Positions 1 through 12,230 of a stretch of DNA of 64,000 bases are shown here, piece after piece. Both the position numbers and the translations under genes were made by a program. Position 1 is the first letter of the stretch. Each line of letters begins with the position of its first letter. The notes under the pieces are model-generated. The model had not been told where the DNA came from, searched no databases, and saw only the letters and a list, made by a program, of their open reading frames with translations. Source of the DNA: Octopus sinensis (lineage: Eukaryota); NCBI RefSeq assembly GCF_006345805.1, contig NC_043004.1, forward strand, positions 4,092,001-4,156,000. Reading direction: 5' to 3'.

Positions 1-8
1 TGGCATGT

Positions 9-41
<33 letters not shown>

Positions 42-149
42 AAACTTACTTGGAAATGGATGTGTTCGATAATATAATAATATAAATAATATATAAATAA
101 ATGCATATATAAATACATATATGTACATACCTACAAATATATATAAATA

Positions 150-1780
150 TATATGTATATATAATTGCATATATGGGTACAGGACTTCAAAAATACGTGA
201 ACAAAATGAGAAACGGGAACATAAAAAGCAAAAACATAGAAAACGAACTTTTTTCGAACAACGAAAGAAACAAATAGAGAAACGAGACAGGCAACATTTA
301 AGAACATTGCCTTCATCAGTTATCCCCTGTTTTATCTACTCCGCGTTTTGAAGGTAGGGACAAGACGCGACTTCGTTAAAGCAGTCCTTCCCGCAAAGCA
401 AATTAAATAAAATCTGGGGTTTTTTGCGGAGGATTAAAGTGGTAACAAAAACAGAATAGTTAGAACAAAACAGTAAGGACAAACGGTGAGGACTGTTAAG
501 CCAAGACGAGGTGAAGTGGTGAACGCTGAAAAAATGAGCTTTGAAAAGAGACGGGCAAAAGTACGTCTTGTCTTTAGGGTGGGATATATATATATATATA
601 CAGAAAAAGAAAGAGAAAGAGAGAGAGAGACCAAAGTGTACGTACGCCGCTATATTTTTATATATAAAAAATATAAAAATGGGACAAGAACGCAAAATAT
701 CCAGACAGGTGATACAAAAAACGGACAACAAAACATCCAGATAGACAATACAAAGAAAACAAGGACTGGTCATTCGGAGTTTTCTTTCCTCAGTCGAGTT
801 CCAGATTATCTTTGCAATTTCGGCTGGTTATACTCGAGATTGCTCCAATCTGGCCATCCCCAAGGAAAAACTAAGCTAAGAGCACTAGATTCCTTGGAAG
901 AAAGCAGCGAATGTATACGAAAACAAGGATGAAAAAAAAACGGAGATATGGTACACAATTACAAATAACAGGACATTAACAACGGGTGTCTTTCGACTAA
1001 AGACGAATTAGGTTAAGCTGGCGTGTGTAGAAGTAAAGCCTTACGGCAAGGACATAAGATTTGACAGGCACAGAAAGGAATATAGATGTTGCACGGATGC
1101 TACACATAAATAATGTTAAAATACACATAAATAATTGATTTTATACATTTCCTGAGGCTTGCAAATATTTTGGTTACGCATATGTGGGATTTAGCTTCAT
1201 TGTTCGATCTTAATCGATCTATTCATGTTCGATTGACTAAAAAAGTAGCGAATAATAAGCCATCGCCATCCTCTTCAGAGCCACAATGGCCTGACTTCAT
1301 TGATCCACCCAACCCACCTTATCGCCTTTACCTCAATGCTTATCTCTTCCGACTTTTTTGTTCGCTCAGTTAACATCCTTGACTGACTTATCGTCTGCTT
1401 AACATTATCTTTACCTCCAGTGACGAAACCTTTCACTAGGCTGGTTTTACCTTTATATCTTCCACTTCTCTTTTCTTCTCTCGGGTTCTTCGGTTCAATC
1501 TTTCTTCTTTTCTTCTTAGATGTTGTCCTTCCTCCTCTTTGCCACACCTCTGCTCTCGTTCTGCTTTCTTTTTCTCTTTAACCGTTTATTTTTGCTAACG
1601 TTACTACGGAAACAGCATTTGCCAATCTTCTCTTGATGGGAACCGAACTTATTGCTATTTCTTCCTGTGACTTGTTACCGGTTAAAATTCCTGACTTTTT
1701 GCACGTTTCGTCTACAGTTTATGATTAATATGATTATTACAAAACTCTGGGCTTCCTGAAACAGGTGTCGAGTTATGAAA
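150..1780. repeat. Cluster of unclassified interspersed repeat fragments between (TA)n tracts
   Basis: Non-coding, purine/pyrimidine strand-biased blocks separated by (TA)n; GGGACAAGA recurs near 358 and 681; no recognisable protein motif. Confidence 0.3.
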
Positions 1781-1924
1781 TTATATATTTTCTTATTTTG
1801 CAGTTTTATCCTGCATCTTTTATGCTCCATGTAAATATATTTATATCAAGCCTGTGCTTCTCTCCATTATTACCTCTTTCACTCTTTCTTTCTCTCTCTC
1901 TCTCTCCCAATGTATACATACATA

Positions 1925-1957
1925 TATATAGATATATATATATATTATATATATATA

Positions 1958-2027
<70 letters not shown>
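1925..2027. repeat. (TA)n microsatellite, representative of dozens of (TA)n/(CA)n/(GA)n tracts in the window
   Basis: Direct reading. Confidence 0.97.
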
Positions 2028-2029
<2 letters not shown>

Positions 2030-2935
2030 GCAGACAGACATACATACTTACATACACACATACAGAGGAGAGAAATCATTATCAAGTATGTAATTAATAT
2101 GAATGCCTTAAACTTAAAATTAAAATTCTGGAGGCAGTAAATTAAAATTTTCAGCTATAGATTTGTTTCTGTGGTTATGTGGGTGTATGCTAATAGAAAC
2201 TGTTTTTCCAATGAATTGCCTGCTCAACCGTTAATTAACAAATATAACATGGTATGAAAATTTATTTATTTGAAAACAAAATAGAAATTTATCTCTGTAC
2301 AATACGGTTAAGAATTCTTCGTTGAGAGGATTCCATGCTTCAATTAAAATTACATAATCTGTTGTTAAATCTTTATTAATGCTATGATGATTTCGTTAAT
2401 TATAGAATATTTTAAATATAATGTTAAGTGGTTAAAGTATTCTCCTTACTTAATTTAATCCTCATTAAGTATATATTACAAGTGATTTATCCAGCATATT
2501 GTGTTTTCATGGAGAGTCTTAAATATTCTTGGCTTTGTTGATGTTGTTTGCAATTTCTTAAAGATTTCCACAAAACAACGATTTACCGTTAGCTTTTCTC
2601 CAACATTCGAATAAAATCAGTGTTTTGTCTTATGTATGTGTGTGTGCATATGTGCGTGTGTGTGTGTGCATGAGTGTATGTGGGTCGGTGTGTGCGTATG
2701 TATATATATATATATATATACGAGTGAGTGGACAAACGAAAGAAGGGCACTCAGCTAATTGATTGGGAGTTACATGTATGGATCAAAACAGTTTGATTCA
2801 AATTCGTTGGTACTCTGAGTTTCATGCGTGATGCTAGTCCTCTGTATTCTTCTATCTACTGCTTTACTCTTTATTCTTCTATATTCTGAATAAACTGTGA
2901 ATTTCCTGTCTAGAACTTTCATACATACTCACCTT

Positions 2936-3010
2936 GTCTCTGATGACGGAATACCCAGTATACAGACATGCTCGCCTATCACTTGAGATATCCCGAAACA
3001 GCTGTAAGAC
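2936..3010 (+). ncRNA. Minimal type-I hammerhead ribozyme motif
   Basis: GTCT-CTGATGA-C-GGAATA...TATCCC-GAAA-CAGCTG-TA-AGAC. Stem I GTCT/AGAC, palindromic stem III ACAGCTGT, GUA cleavage triplet; stem II has one mismatch. Confidence 0.75.
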
Positions 3011-3431
3011 TTCAAAATTACCTTACTCTAATTAAATATTCTAAATGACTTGAGATATCTGTCCTGCTTTGGTTTTTGTTGTCCTTTTTCCTCTGATATA
3101 TATAGCTGCTCACTCGGAAACCTAATACGGTTCGTTTACTCCAGTCTCAGCTGTGAACTTAGAACCTAACAGATGACCAATTATAGCACTTACTTAGCGT
3201 ACCTATTCGTTTAGATCACCAGTGTACTAAACCCCTCACTCTCTCTCTCTCTCTCTCTATACATATATATATATATATACATACACATATATATGTGTGC
3301 GTGTGTGTGTGTGTGTGTGGTGTGTGTGTGTGTGTGTATAGATATATATATATATAGGGTTGTAAAGTTTTACAAATTTCACTACCAGTGGCCTATTGGT
3401 CTCATAATTATAAGTTAGTCTTGGATGGTTC

Positions 3432-3507
3432 GATTACCGATGAGGATTTGCCTAGTAAAATAAATTATTTTATTTACTAAAAAAATCCGAAACCTATAGG
3501 TATAACC
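3432..3507 (+). ncRNA. Minimal type-I hammerhead ribozyme motif, U4C variant
   Basis: TTA-CCGATGA-GGATTT...AAATCC-GAAA-CCTATAGG-TA-TAA. Perfect 6-bp stem II with an inner hairpin; palindrome ACCTATAGGT. Confidence 0.8.
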
Positions 3508-3559
3508 GTAAAAACAAGGTAACAGTTTTTATTTTTCATTGCCTTTGAAATTGCTTAAA

Positions 3560-6415
3560 TTTTGTGGTTTTTTGCCCTCTATCCCCCTCCATCCTTCAAT
3601 CTGTTGATGAGCGTCTCATGACCTTCCATATCCCCGCAAGTAATTTCTCGTCATTGCACAGTATCAGTGCATATGTGCCTTCTTTGTCAACATCCAAACA
3701 AGAACACATCTACTCCGTATTACAGATTGTTGTCAGTAAAATTCTATCTCATGAAGTCACATTGATGGGAGATTTTAATGCCATAAATGGTAACAACCAT
3801 CCAGTTGGTCAAAAATAATAGAAGAACTTGGAAGGGGAAAGATGGCTGCAAAATGGTTTACAGTCTTTTAGTCAGCAGTCTGGCTTAAGAATCATAAACA
3901 CAATGTTTTAGCAGGAAGATAAATATAAAATGACCCGGAAGATCCCCGATCTGGTAACTGATACATGTTTAACTATGTCATAAGAGCAAAGACTGCAGTG
4001 ATTTCAGATTAACCGGATCTTACAAAACTCTCGAATGTTACTCGGGTCGCAGAATGTTTCGCAGCAAGGTATTTGTTAAACCATATACAAGGAGGCCACT
4101 GAGATCCAGTATACCTCCGAGAATAATTGTCTTCTTTAAAAAATCCGGAAACGACAAAGAATTTTTAAATGCATCTAAATTCAAAGCTTGGAAACATCGA
4201 GGAAATCAATGATCCTGATGTTTTGTGGCATAATATTGGTGACAGCGTCAAGTCATCTGCTGAAGAAGTTCTAGAATTCGTCAAATGCCAGCATCAGGAT
4301 TGGGTTCGATTCGAATGATTTTCAAATCAAACCTTTCCAAGAAACTATGCACAAAGGACACAATCTTTAACAAACTCTCACCATCACTCAGATCTCTTTG
4401 CATTTCCTCTAAGAAAACTACTCAGAAAATATTGCGAGAGATAAAAAATATTTGATGGCCAAAAAAAGCCCTGGAATTAAAACAGGTTACTAACTCTCAC
4501 AGTATGGCAATCTCAAAGCTGTGTCCAAAAAAAGGTGATATGGAACATTCTTTCTAACGGCATGTCAAAATTCTTAAGTAGCAAAGATGAAATTTTGAAA
4601 ATATGGGTTGAGCACTTTAAATCGGAATTAAATCGAGAATCCAGTTATCGATGACATCCTTCACAGGCCTCTGACTGAGGAACTTGAAGAAGATCCTTCC
4701 TTGAAAGAGATAAGTACGGCTATTAAAAAACTTTGCAATGGTAAAGCTCCTGGACAAGACGGTATTTGCATGGAAGTGTACAAGCATGGTGGTACACACC
4801 ATGTAAGAAAGCTGCGCAAATCGATCTGTTTAATCTGGGAAACCGGATCTCTTACCGCCACAGTTCAAAGATGCATCTATAATGCTCTTGTACAAAAACA
4901 AGGGGACGAAGAGTGTATGTGATAATCACGGGGAAATAACTTTGTTGTGCATAGCGGGAAAATTCTTGAGTGGGTGTTTCTTAACCGCATCAATAAGCAT
5001 GTAGTAAACAGCATATGTCTGAATCCCAGTTTGAATTTCAGGCTGGAAGAGGCACAGTTGACATGATTTTTGCTCTTCGGCAAATTCAAGAGAAAGCACG
5101 TGAACAAAATACTGACTTGTACATGGTCTTTGTCGTCTTGACCAAGGCTTTTGATACAGTGAATCGTGAAGTGCTCTGGAAAATTTCGTCAAAAGCTAGA
5201 CTTACTGATAAAATGGTAAGGTTAATAGTATCCCTGTACAAAGGAATGATGGCAACAGTGATATCTAGTAGTTCAGAGGCATCTTCTGCTGCCACTGGAA
5301 CCAAACGGGGATGAGGTTTGGCCCCTGTACTGTTTTCCGTATTCTTCTCGATGATGCTCCAACATACTTTCAGGGATTACCATAAAAGGTGTAAAATTCC
5401 AGTTTCGCACAGAAGAAGAAGGTCTGTTAAACCTGAAAGGGCAAAGTTTCAGAAGATCAAAGGAAAAGACCAAGGAAGAGATCCTGCGTCACTTTCTGTT
5501 TTCTGATGATTTCTCACGCAGTTGAGGGAATTCAGGAAACGGTCGGTAGGTTTGTTGCGGCAGCTGCTCGTGCATTTGGATTGACTACCAACATCAAGAA
5601 GGTTGAAGTTGGTTATTCCAACCAAAGCCTGGGGCAGGACATACTCACGACTCGAACGCATTGATATACAAGAAGCCACTCAAATGGGTCAGGTCTTAGA
5701 AGTACAGTAAAATTTAAGGGTACCCTTGACGACGAAATCAATGTTAGAATAGCTAAAGCTACAAGCGCTTTTGGAAGGCTTGCCTATTCTTTGTGGGATG
5801 AATGCGATGTCAGTGTGAAAACTAAAATGAGTGTGTATGAATTTTGTATTTTGAGCATTTATGTATGGGGCAGAAGTATGGACTCCTTACTACAGACATA
5901 TGAAGAAACTTAAAACCTTCCACGTGTGTTGTCTGTGAAACATATGCCACATAAAATGGCAAGATATCCAATGCCAAAATCTTAGAAAAATGATACCTCC
6001 AGCATCAGAAACATGCTGCTGATAGTTCTGTACAGATGAGTAGCACATATTCTTCGAATGAAAGATGATCGTATTTCTTTTGTATAACCAACAAGTAGAG
6101 GGATACCGCGGTAAAGGAAGACCTGTCCTTAGGTATAAGGATAAATTGAGGCAATCACTAAAATCTCTACAGCTTAATTTGACATCTTGGGAAAGTTATT
6201 GCCTTGATCGATCTGCATGGCGTAAAGTGTGTCATGGATTCATCAAGATAATTTGATTTGAAGAAAAAAGAATTATATCCTGCAATCAACAGACACAGTT
6301 ATCCAATCCCAGACAAAATGAAAAATCATTCAATGTCCCCATTGTGACTTTATAGCAAAATCCATCCCTGGACAGAAATTATTAGTGCATTCGCGTATCC
6401 ATTGCAAATAGTTGA
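3560..6415 (+). mobile_element. Degenerate RTE-clade (BovB-like) LINE, APE endonuclease plus RT, with many frameshifts and stops
   Basis: APE motif TLMGDFNA; RT motifs GKAPGQDGI.EVYKHGG, ESQFEFQAGRGTVDMIFALRQIQEKAREQ, LTKAFDTVNRE and LFSDD; C-terminal GRPVLRYKD and DRSAWRK. Confidence 0.92.
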
Positions 6416-6514
6416 AGCTTGTTCTATTTTAAAACTTTTTTAACAAAATCCTCGCCTTCAAACACTCATATGTCGAAATCGACGGGGGTGGCTATTATTA
6501 ATGTTATTAAGGCA

Positions 6515-6710
6515 TAGATTGGCAGAAGAATTATGGCGTCGGAGAAAATCCTTTTTGAGCATTTTTTCCAGCCTTTGACGTTCTGCTTTCAAATCGTGCC
6601 GAGGCCAACTTCGCCTTTCAGCCTTCTGGAGCTGATCAAAATAAAGCACCTATCAAGTACTAGGGTCGATGTAATCGATTAAGCTTTTCCCCTCCCCCAC
6701 CAAACAAATT
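6515..6710 (+). mobile_element. tRNA-derived SINE family A, diverged copy
   Basis: Aligns by eye with the copies at 28205 and 36731 (GACGTTCTG..TCAAAT..GCCGAGG..AACTTCGCCTTTCA). Confidence 0.65.
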
Positions 6711-6812
6711 ACATCTTTGTGTCTAAACAAACATTTATGTATGTTTCTATGTAGTTGTAATATTGATGAAGTTTATAGTTTTGTTATTTTGTACAATATC
6801 TTTCACAGAAAA

Positions 6813-7012
6813 GCGGTGAGCTGGCGATATGCTTAGCGGTGTTTCGTCTGTCTTTACGTTCTGAGTTCAAATTCCGCCGAGGTCGACTTTGACTTTCATC
6901 CTTTTGGGGTCAATAAATTAACTACCAGTTGCATACTGGGATTGGTCTAATCGACAGGGCCCCCTCCCCAAAACTTTCAGGCCTTGTGCCTAGAGTAGAA
7001 CAGAAAAAAAAG
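6813..7012 (+). mobile_element. tRNA-derived SINE family A with an internal deletion in the head
   Basis: GCGGTGAGCTGGC...GAGTTCAAATTCCGCCGAGGTCGACTTTG; probable TSD TCACAGAAAA at 6803 and about 7020. Confidence 0.88.
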
Positions 7013-7231
7013 GATTATCTCACAGAAAAATAATTGCGTTTAGGGTGAAAGAATCTATAAGTGCTTCACTTTAATAAGTACGTGTTGATAAATATTCGTC
7101 TTATTCCGTTAACATTGTTTAAATATGTAAACTTGTGTCTATAAATATTGTGTGTGTGAGTATGTATATATGTATATGCATACATGCATATACGTATATA
7201 TGTGGTTACGTGTGTGTGTGTGTGTGTGTGT

Positions 7232-7273
<42 letters not shown>

Positions 7274-7663
7274 GTAAGTGCGATTGCTTTTGTTTTCAAA
7301 GATATAAATTATCGTATACATTTGAAGAACATTGCTTTTGGGTTCTGCTTATCTAAATGTAGCCTCTTTGTATTAAAGTTTGATATCTTTGGTCTGTGTG
7401 TATGTAAAAAGAGAATATATATATATATATCCTTTTTGTTTATACAACTCTTCAAAATTTCACATGAAATGTCTCCATTCCTATGCGCAGAGCTCAAAAG
7501 CAATTTGTTCTTAATACGTAATAGAATAATTTATATATTCGAAAATAAAAACAATCGTACGTATACATACGCACGCCCACGTATAGACACACACACACAA
7601 ACACACACACACATATATATATATGTGTATATATACAAATACACACACACACACAAACACACA

Positions 7664-7725
<62 letters not shown>

Positions 7726-7761
7726 AATTGATCAAAATAAAAACATGATGCCAAGGATTCA

Positions 7762-7839
7762 GCGGTACATATGTTTCAGGCCTTTATTAGACAGATTTAT
7801 AACAATGCATAATGTATGTCTGTGGCCTTCTTCAGCCGC
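7762..7839 (-). ncRNA. Canonical minimal type-I hammerhead ribozyme
   Basis: Minus strand GCGG-CTGAAGA-AGGCC-(loop with ACAGA/TCTGT)-GGCCT-GAAA-CATATG-TA-CCGC. All core bases are present; stems I and II are perfect; palindrome ACATATGT. Confidence 0.92.
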
Positions 7840-10035
7840 GCACAACAGCTTCCACAAGGACATGTGTTACATCAAAAATTCTTGGTTGGGGATGCAAATC
7901 CCCTCATTCGCGTACGACATAATGCGGCAACAGCATAGAATTGAAGCGTCCATCTCTTTCTTCTCTCAATGTAGAATGAGGAAATTTGGATGTTGAAGTA
8001 ATGTAAATAAATTAATAAATAAATACATATATAGACGTGAAGGAACCTGGTAATAAGAGTAAATAGGGGTAAGGATGGAGGGGCGAGAATTCAGGACGAA
8101 GGATAAAAAATATATAAAAAGTGTAAGTATAGAAAAATATAAAAATGTAGAGTATAAAGATATAAAGAGATATAAGGAGATATAAAGGGGATATAAAGAA
8201 TATAAAAAATATAAATGAATGTAAAGGCATAAGGTTATAAAGTAAAAATAGAAATAGAAATAAAAGTAAAAAAATAAAAATAGGAATAAAAATGATAAAA
8301 ATGTAAAAAAATATAAAAAAGTATAAAGATAAGGGATGTATAGAGGTTACGGACCAAACAGGGTGGTCAGGAGAATGACAAAATTTAGTTGTAGAAGCTT
8401 TGGGTGTCAATAAATCAACAGGAGCGTCTGGGGACCTAGTGTATTGTAAATCAGAGCTGTTGAGTAGTTAATCTAGTTCCTTGAATTAAGTGGTCATCTT
8501 GTACATACATACCAGCATGGATACCTACACCCATATACACGCGCACATATACGCGCGCATACACAGATCCAAGCATATAAACATACATACGTACTCGCGT
8601 GTAAACATGTACATAAACACATATACACCCACACACATGCGCATATATACATACATACAACAGAGTATGCGCATATATACGCGGACATTATACGTGTACA
8701 TATATATATACAAATACATATACACACACACACGCACATACACATATACACATACACATACACACATGCATACATATATGCACATGTATACTATACATAC
8801 ATACGCATATACACACACCCATATACATTACGTACGTCCATCCTTACATACACATACCCAGATGCCACACATCCAGGTTTAGATATAAGATATTAAAGGA
8901 TGTATATAAGAACGCATGTAAAGGATCACGCACTCACGTCTACACGTGCACGCACACACGGCTGTGTGTCCATATGTGCGTGCACATATACACTTACATA
9001 CACACACAGAGACATACGCGCGTATAGGTATAGCTATAAGATATTAAAAGATGTATACAAATATGTGTAAACATATGCATATAAGAAATCTGCGGAAACA
9101 TGTAAAAAAATGTAAAGAAATACGTAAGAAATTTTTTAAAATTATTAAAGAAAATTATTAGAGATGAGTAACGGAGTATGCACATCCAGACGTAGATGTT
9201 TACTCGTACATATGTACACATATGTATACGTATACATACGTACACGGACGCACGTATAATCATAAAGCGGATCCATAGATAAGTAAATAAGGGATAAGCA
9301 AAAAAATAGACATATATAGAGATATAAAGCGATAAGTTAGGGGTAAGAATGAGGGTAAGAATAAAAATTAGAAATACAAGTAAGAAATACAATATAAAAT
9401 ATAAAATAAGAAATACAATATAAAAGTTAGAAATAAAATATAAAAATTATAAGAACTATCAGAATTAAAATAAGGAATGAAAATAAAAATAAGAATAAAG
9501 GTAAAGCAAAATAGAATAGGATAAAGTAAAATAAAATATAATCTGGTAAAGCTTAACATGAGATGAAGGAAAAGATAAAAGGTAGTTGAAAGTGTAAAGT
9601 TAAAGGTGTGTGCTAAAGGTGTCCACGTGGGGGCGGGCGGGGGAATTGAAAATTGGAAGGGTGGGAAGTGGAGTTTGGCGGTGTGCGTTCAACATCCGAG
9701 TTAGAAATGTGAAAAGGTATAGATATAGGGAAATAAAGAGACTAGATAGGAAGAATATAGGTGTAGAGAAGAAAGAAATAGTAGGGAAAAAAAAAACATA
9801 TAGGGAGACAAAATGTGTATATATAGGAGGAAAATGCAGGGAAATATATATGCACATACACACACGCACACACATATATACATATATATACATATACATA
9901 CACATATATGCATATACATATATACATATATATATATATACACATATACACGCACATATAGGAAAGCGGGATGCGCTGGAGCCGACAGGTTGCACCGGGT
10001 GGGAGGAAATTGCATGGGGGAGTTGGTATAATAGC

Positions 10036-11028
10036 CTAAGCTTTGTAGTATTTGAAAGTATTAATAAGTTTGTGTATACAGGATGGTTTGAACTCTGACC
10101 TTTTGTTAATAAGATTGTGTTTGTCTTTGAATTTCAAGATGTTCAGGAGTTCTACACAACATAGTTGGCATCCTGCTCTATTATTTAAATAAGGTGCAGC
10201 TGATCCGATGGTGGACCACCTGAGTTTGATGCGTATGCATTTGTCATTTAATTCCCAATTTTTTTTAGAAAGGGAGGTGCTGTTAGCTTTATGTTTGTGT
10301 TTCAGCGAGGACCGGTGGTTGTAGTATCTGGATTTCCAGGAGGTTGAGCAACCTATGTAGGTGAGTGTGTTAAACTGGGTACTCACCTCACATGAATATA
10401 TTACGTTTTTCGCCCTACATGCGCCCTGTAGCGGACACTCGGATGCACATATGCAGTTGCAGTGCATTGCATTACTCGGTCGTGTGCTGTTAATCCCAGG
10501 CGGAGGTGTTGCATTACGTGTGGGGGCGTTGATATCCTCCTGGTTGTTGATGGGTGTGGTATTGCCTCTGTTGTGTTGGCGGGTGTTATTACTAACTGTT
10601 TGGGTAATATGGCTGCCAGTCTGATTATATTGTCTACTATCTGGATGAGGGGGGTTCGGTTGGTCGCTATAGCTTGCTCTTGATCTAGCCGTTCTAATAT
10701 TAATATAGTTATGTTTAGCTATGAGGCAACTCATGTTGGGCAGGGTAGAGTAGGAAATCCTAATGGTTTTGTTGGAGAAGATACTTCTATACTTATGGGT
10801 GGGTGGGAAGTTGTTGGAAATGATAGAGAATATTCTCTTACATAATTTACCCCTAACTGCTAAGTTGTATGGTATGTTGAACCATATATATTTGCGTAAT
10901 CTACTATTATCCCTTCTATTTCTCCTAATAGGATCTATATTGCTCTCGTCGGGAGGGTTACTATTGTGTGCTATTCTATTAGTTCGCCTATTTCCTATAC
11001 GTTGTTTGGAATTTAAATTAGAATTATC
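10036..11028 (-). CDS. PLE ORF C-terminal part (RT thumb/linker plus GIY-YIG endonuclease), no initiator, 331 codons including stop
   Basis: Hand-translated in frame upstream of the 232-aa track ORF: YIWFNIPYN..FPPTHKYRSIFSNKTIRISYSTLPNM, CNCICASECPLQGAC (CxCx5C), VIYSCEV..YIG, CQLC, LINKRSE..CIH. Confidence 0.88.
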   Translation of the reverse strand, partial: DNSNLNSKQRIGNRRTNRIAHNSNPPDESNIDPIRRNRRDNSRLRKYIWFNIPYNLAVRGKLCKRIFSIISNNFPPTHKYRSIFSNKTIRISYSTLPNMSCLIAKHNYINIRTARSRASYSDQPNPPHPDSRQYNQTGSHITQTVSNNTRQHNRGNTTPINNQEDINAPTRNATPPPGINSTRPSNAMHCNCICASECPLQGACRAKNVIYSCEVSTQFNTLTYIGCSTSWKSRYYNHRSSLKHKHKANSTSLSKKNWELNDKCIRIKLRWSTIGSAAPYLNNRAGCQLCCVELLNILKFKDKHNLINKRSEFKPSCIHKLINTFKYYKA

Positions 11029-11108
11029 GTATATATGTATGTATGTTGTATATATTATATATATAATATATATTATATATATATATATTAATATATATTA
11101 TATATATA

Positions 11109-11148
<40 letters not shown>

Positions 11149-11155
11149 TATATAT

Positions 11156-11750
11156 ACAGGTTGTCCCAAAAATACGCACACAGAATGATTATATAAAGTC
11201 AATGTTTATTAAAATATTTCTCCGTTTCAAAATTTTATAGAATCTACAGACAGAATTGTATTTTCTTGATATGAATCACCTGTTTTCAAGCTGATGAACT
11301 TTCTGGTCCAGATTCTGCTGATAATGCAAAGCAATGGAATCGCAAACATCAAGAAACATTTCGTTTGGCATTTATGCGCATTCTCGTTTAATGGCTGCCC
11401 TTAATACATAACTGCCCTCAAATTAATTTCATCCTCTTACCTCTCTTTCTCTTCACTTTTGTGTCGGACCTTTTGAATGTGGAGAAAGAATTGTTATTTC
11501 AGCGTTGTTTATTGATCCATTTTGCTTTTTTTTTTTGGCATCGTGGTTGGATATGGGTGCTTGCTTTATTTGAATATATTCACATCAGTTTTCGCCAATC
11601 TTTTCACCTATACTGCAGGCTGTTTCTCCAAAATAGTTTGTGACTATGTCTTTTAGACCACTTTCCCGTACAATTCATGTGCTGCACTACATTCCTAGTT
11701 TTACGGTTCATTTGTGAGTTAGATGTGCATACTCTATAGTCAGTGCTGAA
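11156..11750 (-). mobile_element. Tc1-like DNA transposon remnant
   Basis: TA-CAGGTTGTCCCAAAA terminal-repeat-like start; minus-strand ILEK...VKRL..DVNIFK*SKHP resembles the FQQDNAPxH region; second TIR not found. Confidence 0.45.
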
Positions 11751-12009
11751 TTACAGGTGTTTTTCCTAAATGCCTAAATAGCTGACTGAATAATTCTAAA
11801 CTGTTTACGAACAGGTAACTAAAAGCTAGTTGGAATCGAAACCACCTCTCACTCGTTGAACGCCCCAATAAAATCTAAAATGTTTGATACGGCTGTTTAA
11901 TAAAGGTTGGAGACATTTCGTAATGTATCCCAAAAAGCTAACATGGCCACGAGTGGAACATTACTTCAAGAATGTGGATTTTGCGCAAGGGCTTAACCAG
12001 TAATAATAA

Positions 12010-12230
12010 CACGAGGGAATGCTGAAAAGTTCTTGGCTTTGGACTAAAGAAAATACAGGAGGATCAGTTAATTATGATTTTATTCAGCATATTCTCCACT
12101 CAGGTTCACGCACTAACTGCTGCGGTCCTTCGGTTTTTCTCAGCCTGGTAAAAGAACTTGGAAGGTTGGGCCCCCAGCCAGGCCTTTTGCGATAACCTTA
12201 AAGCCAGGAACTTTTCAGCACTCCGTCGTA
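12010..12230. mobile_element. Mariner-type MITE, about 221 bp
   Basis: 31-bp TIRs CACGAGGGAATGCTGAAAAGTTCTTGGCTTT and AAAGCCAGGAACTTTTCAGCACTCCGTCGTA (4 mismatches), TA at the right end. Confidence 0.85.

Larger units (their letters stand above)
7745..11040 (-). mobile_element. Young 5'-truncated Penelope-like element: GIY-YIG ORF, about 2.3 kb low-complexity 3' region, terminal hammerhead
   Basis: Stop-free frame 11028-10036 and a same-strand HHR at 7762-7839, bounded by (TA)n on both sides. Linkage of the 3' region to the ORF is inferred. Confidence 0.8.

Noticed and set aside
290-350. CTGATGA-AGGC..GCCT on the minus strand as a hammerhead
   Set aside because: No GAAA after stem II; a type-II arrangement gives no stem I
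1743-1774. AACTC..GAAACAGGTGTC-GAGTT hammerhead-like 3' half
   Set aside because: CUGANGA core is missing; at best a dead remnant
2800-2860. GAAACTCAGAGTA half-hammerhead on the minus strand
   Set aside because: No matching 5' core, stem I or stem II
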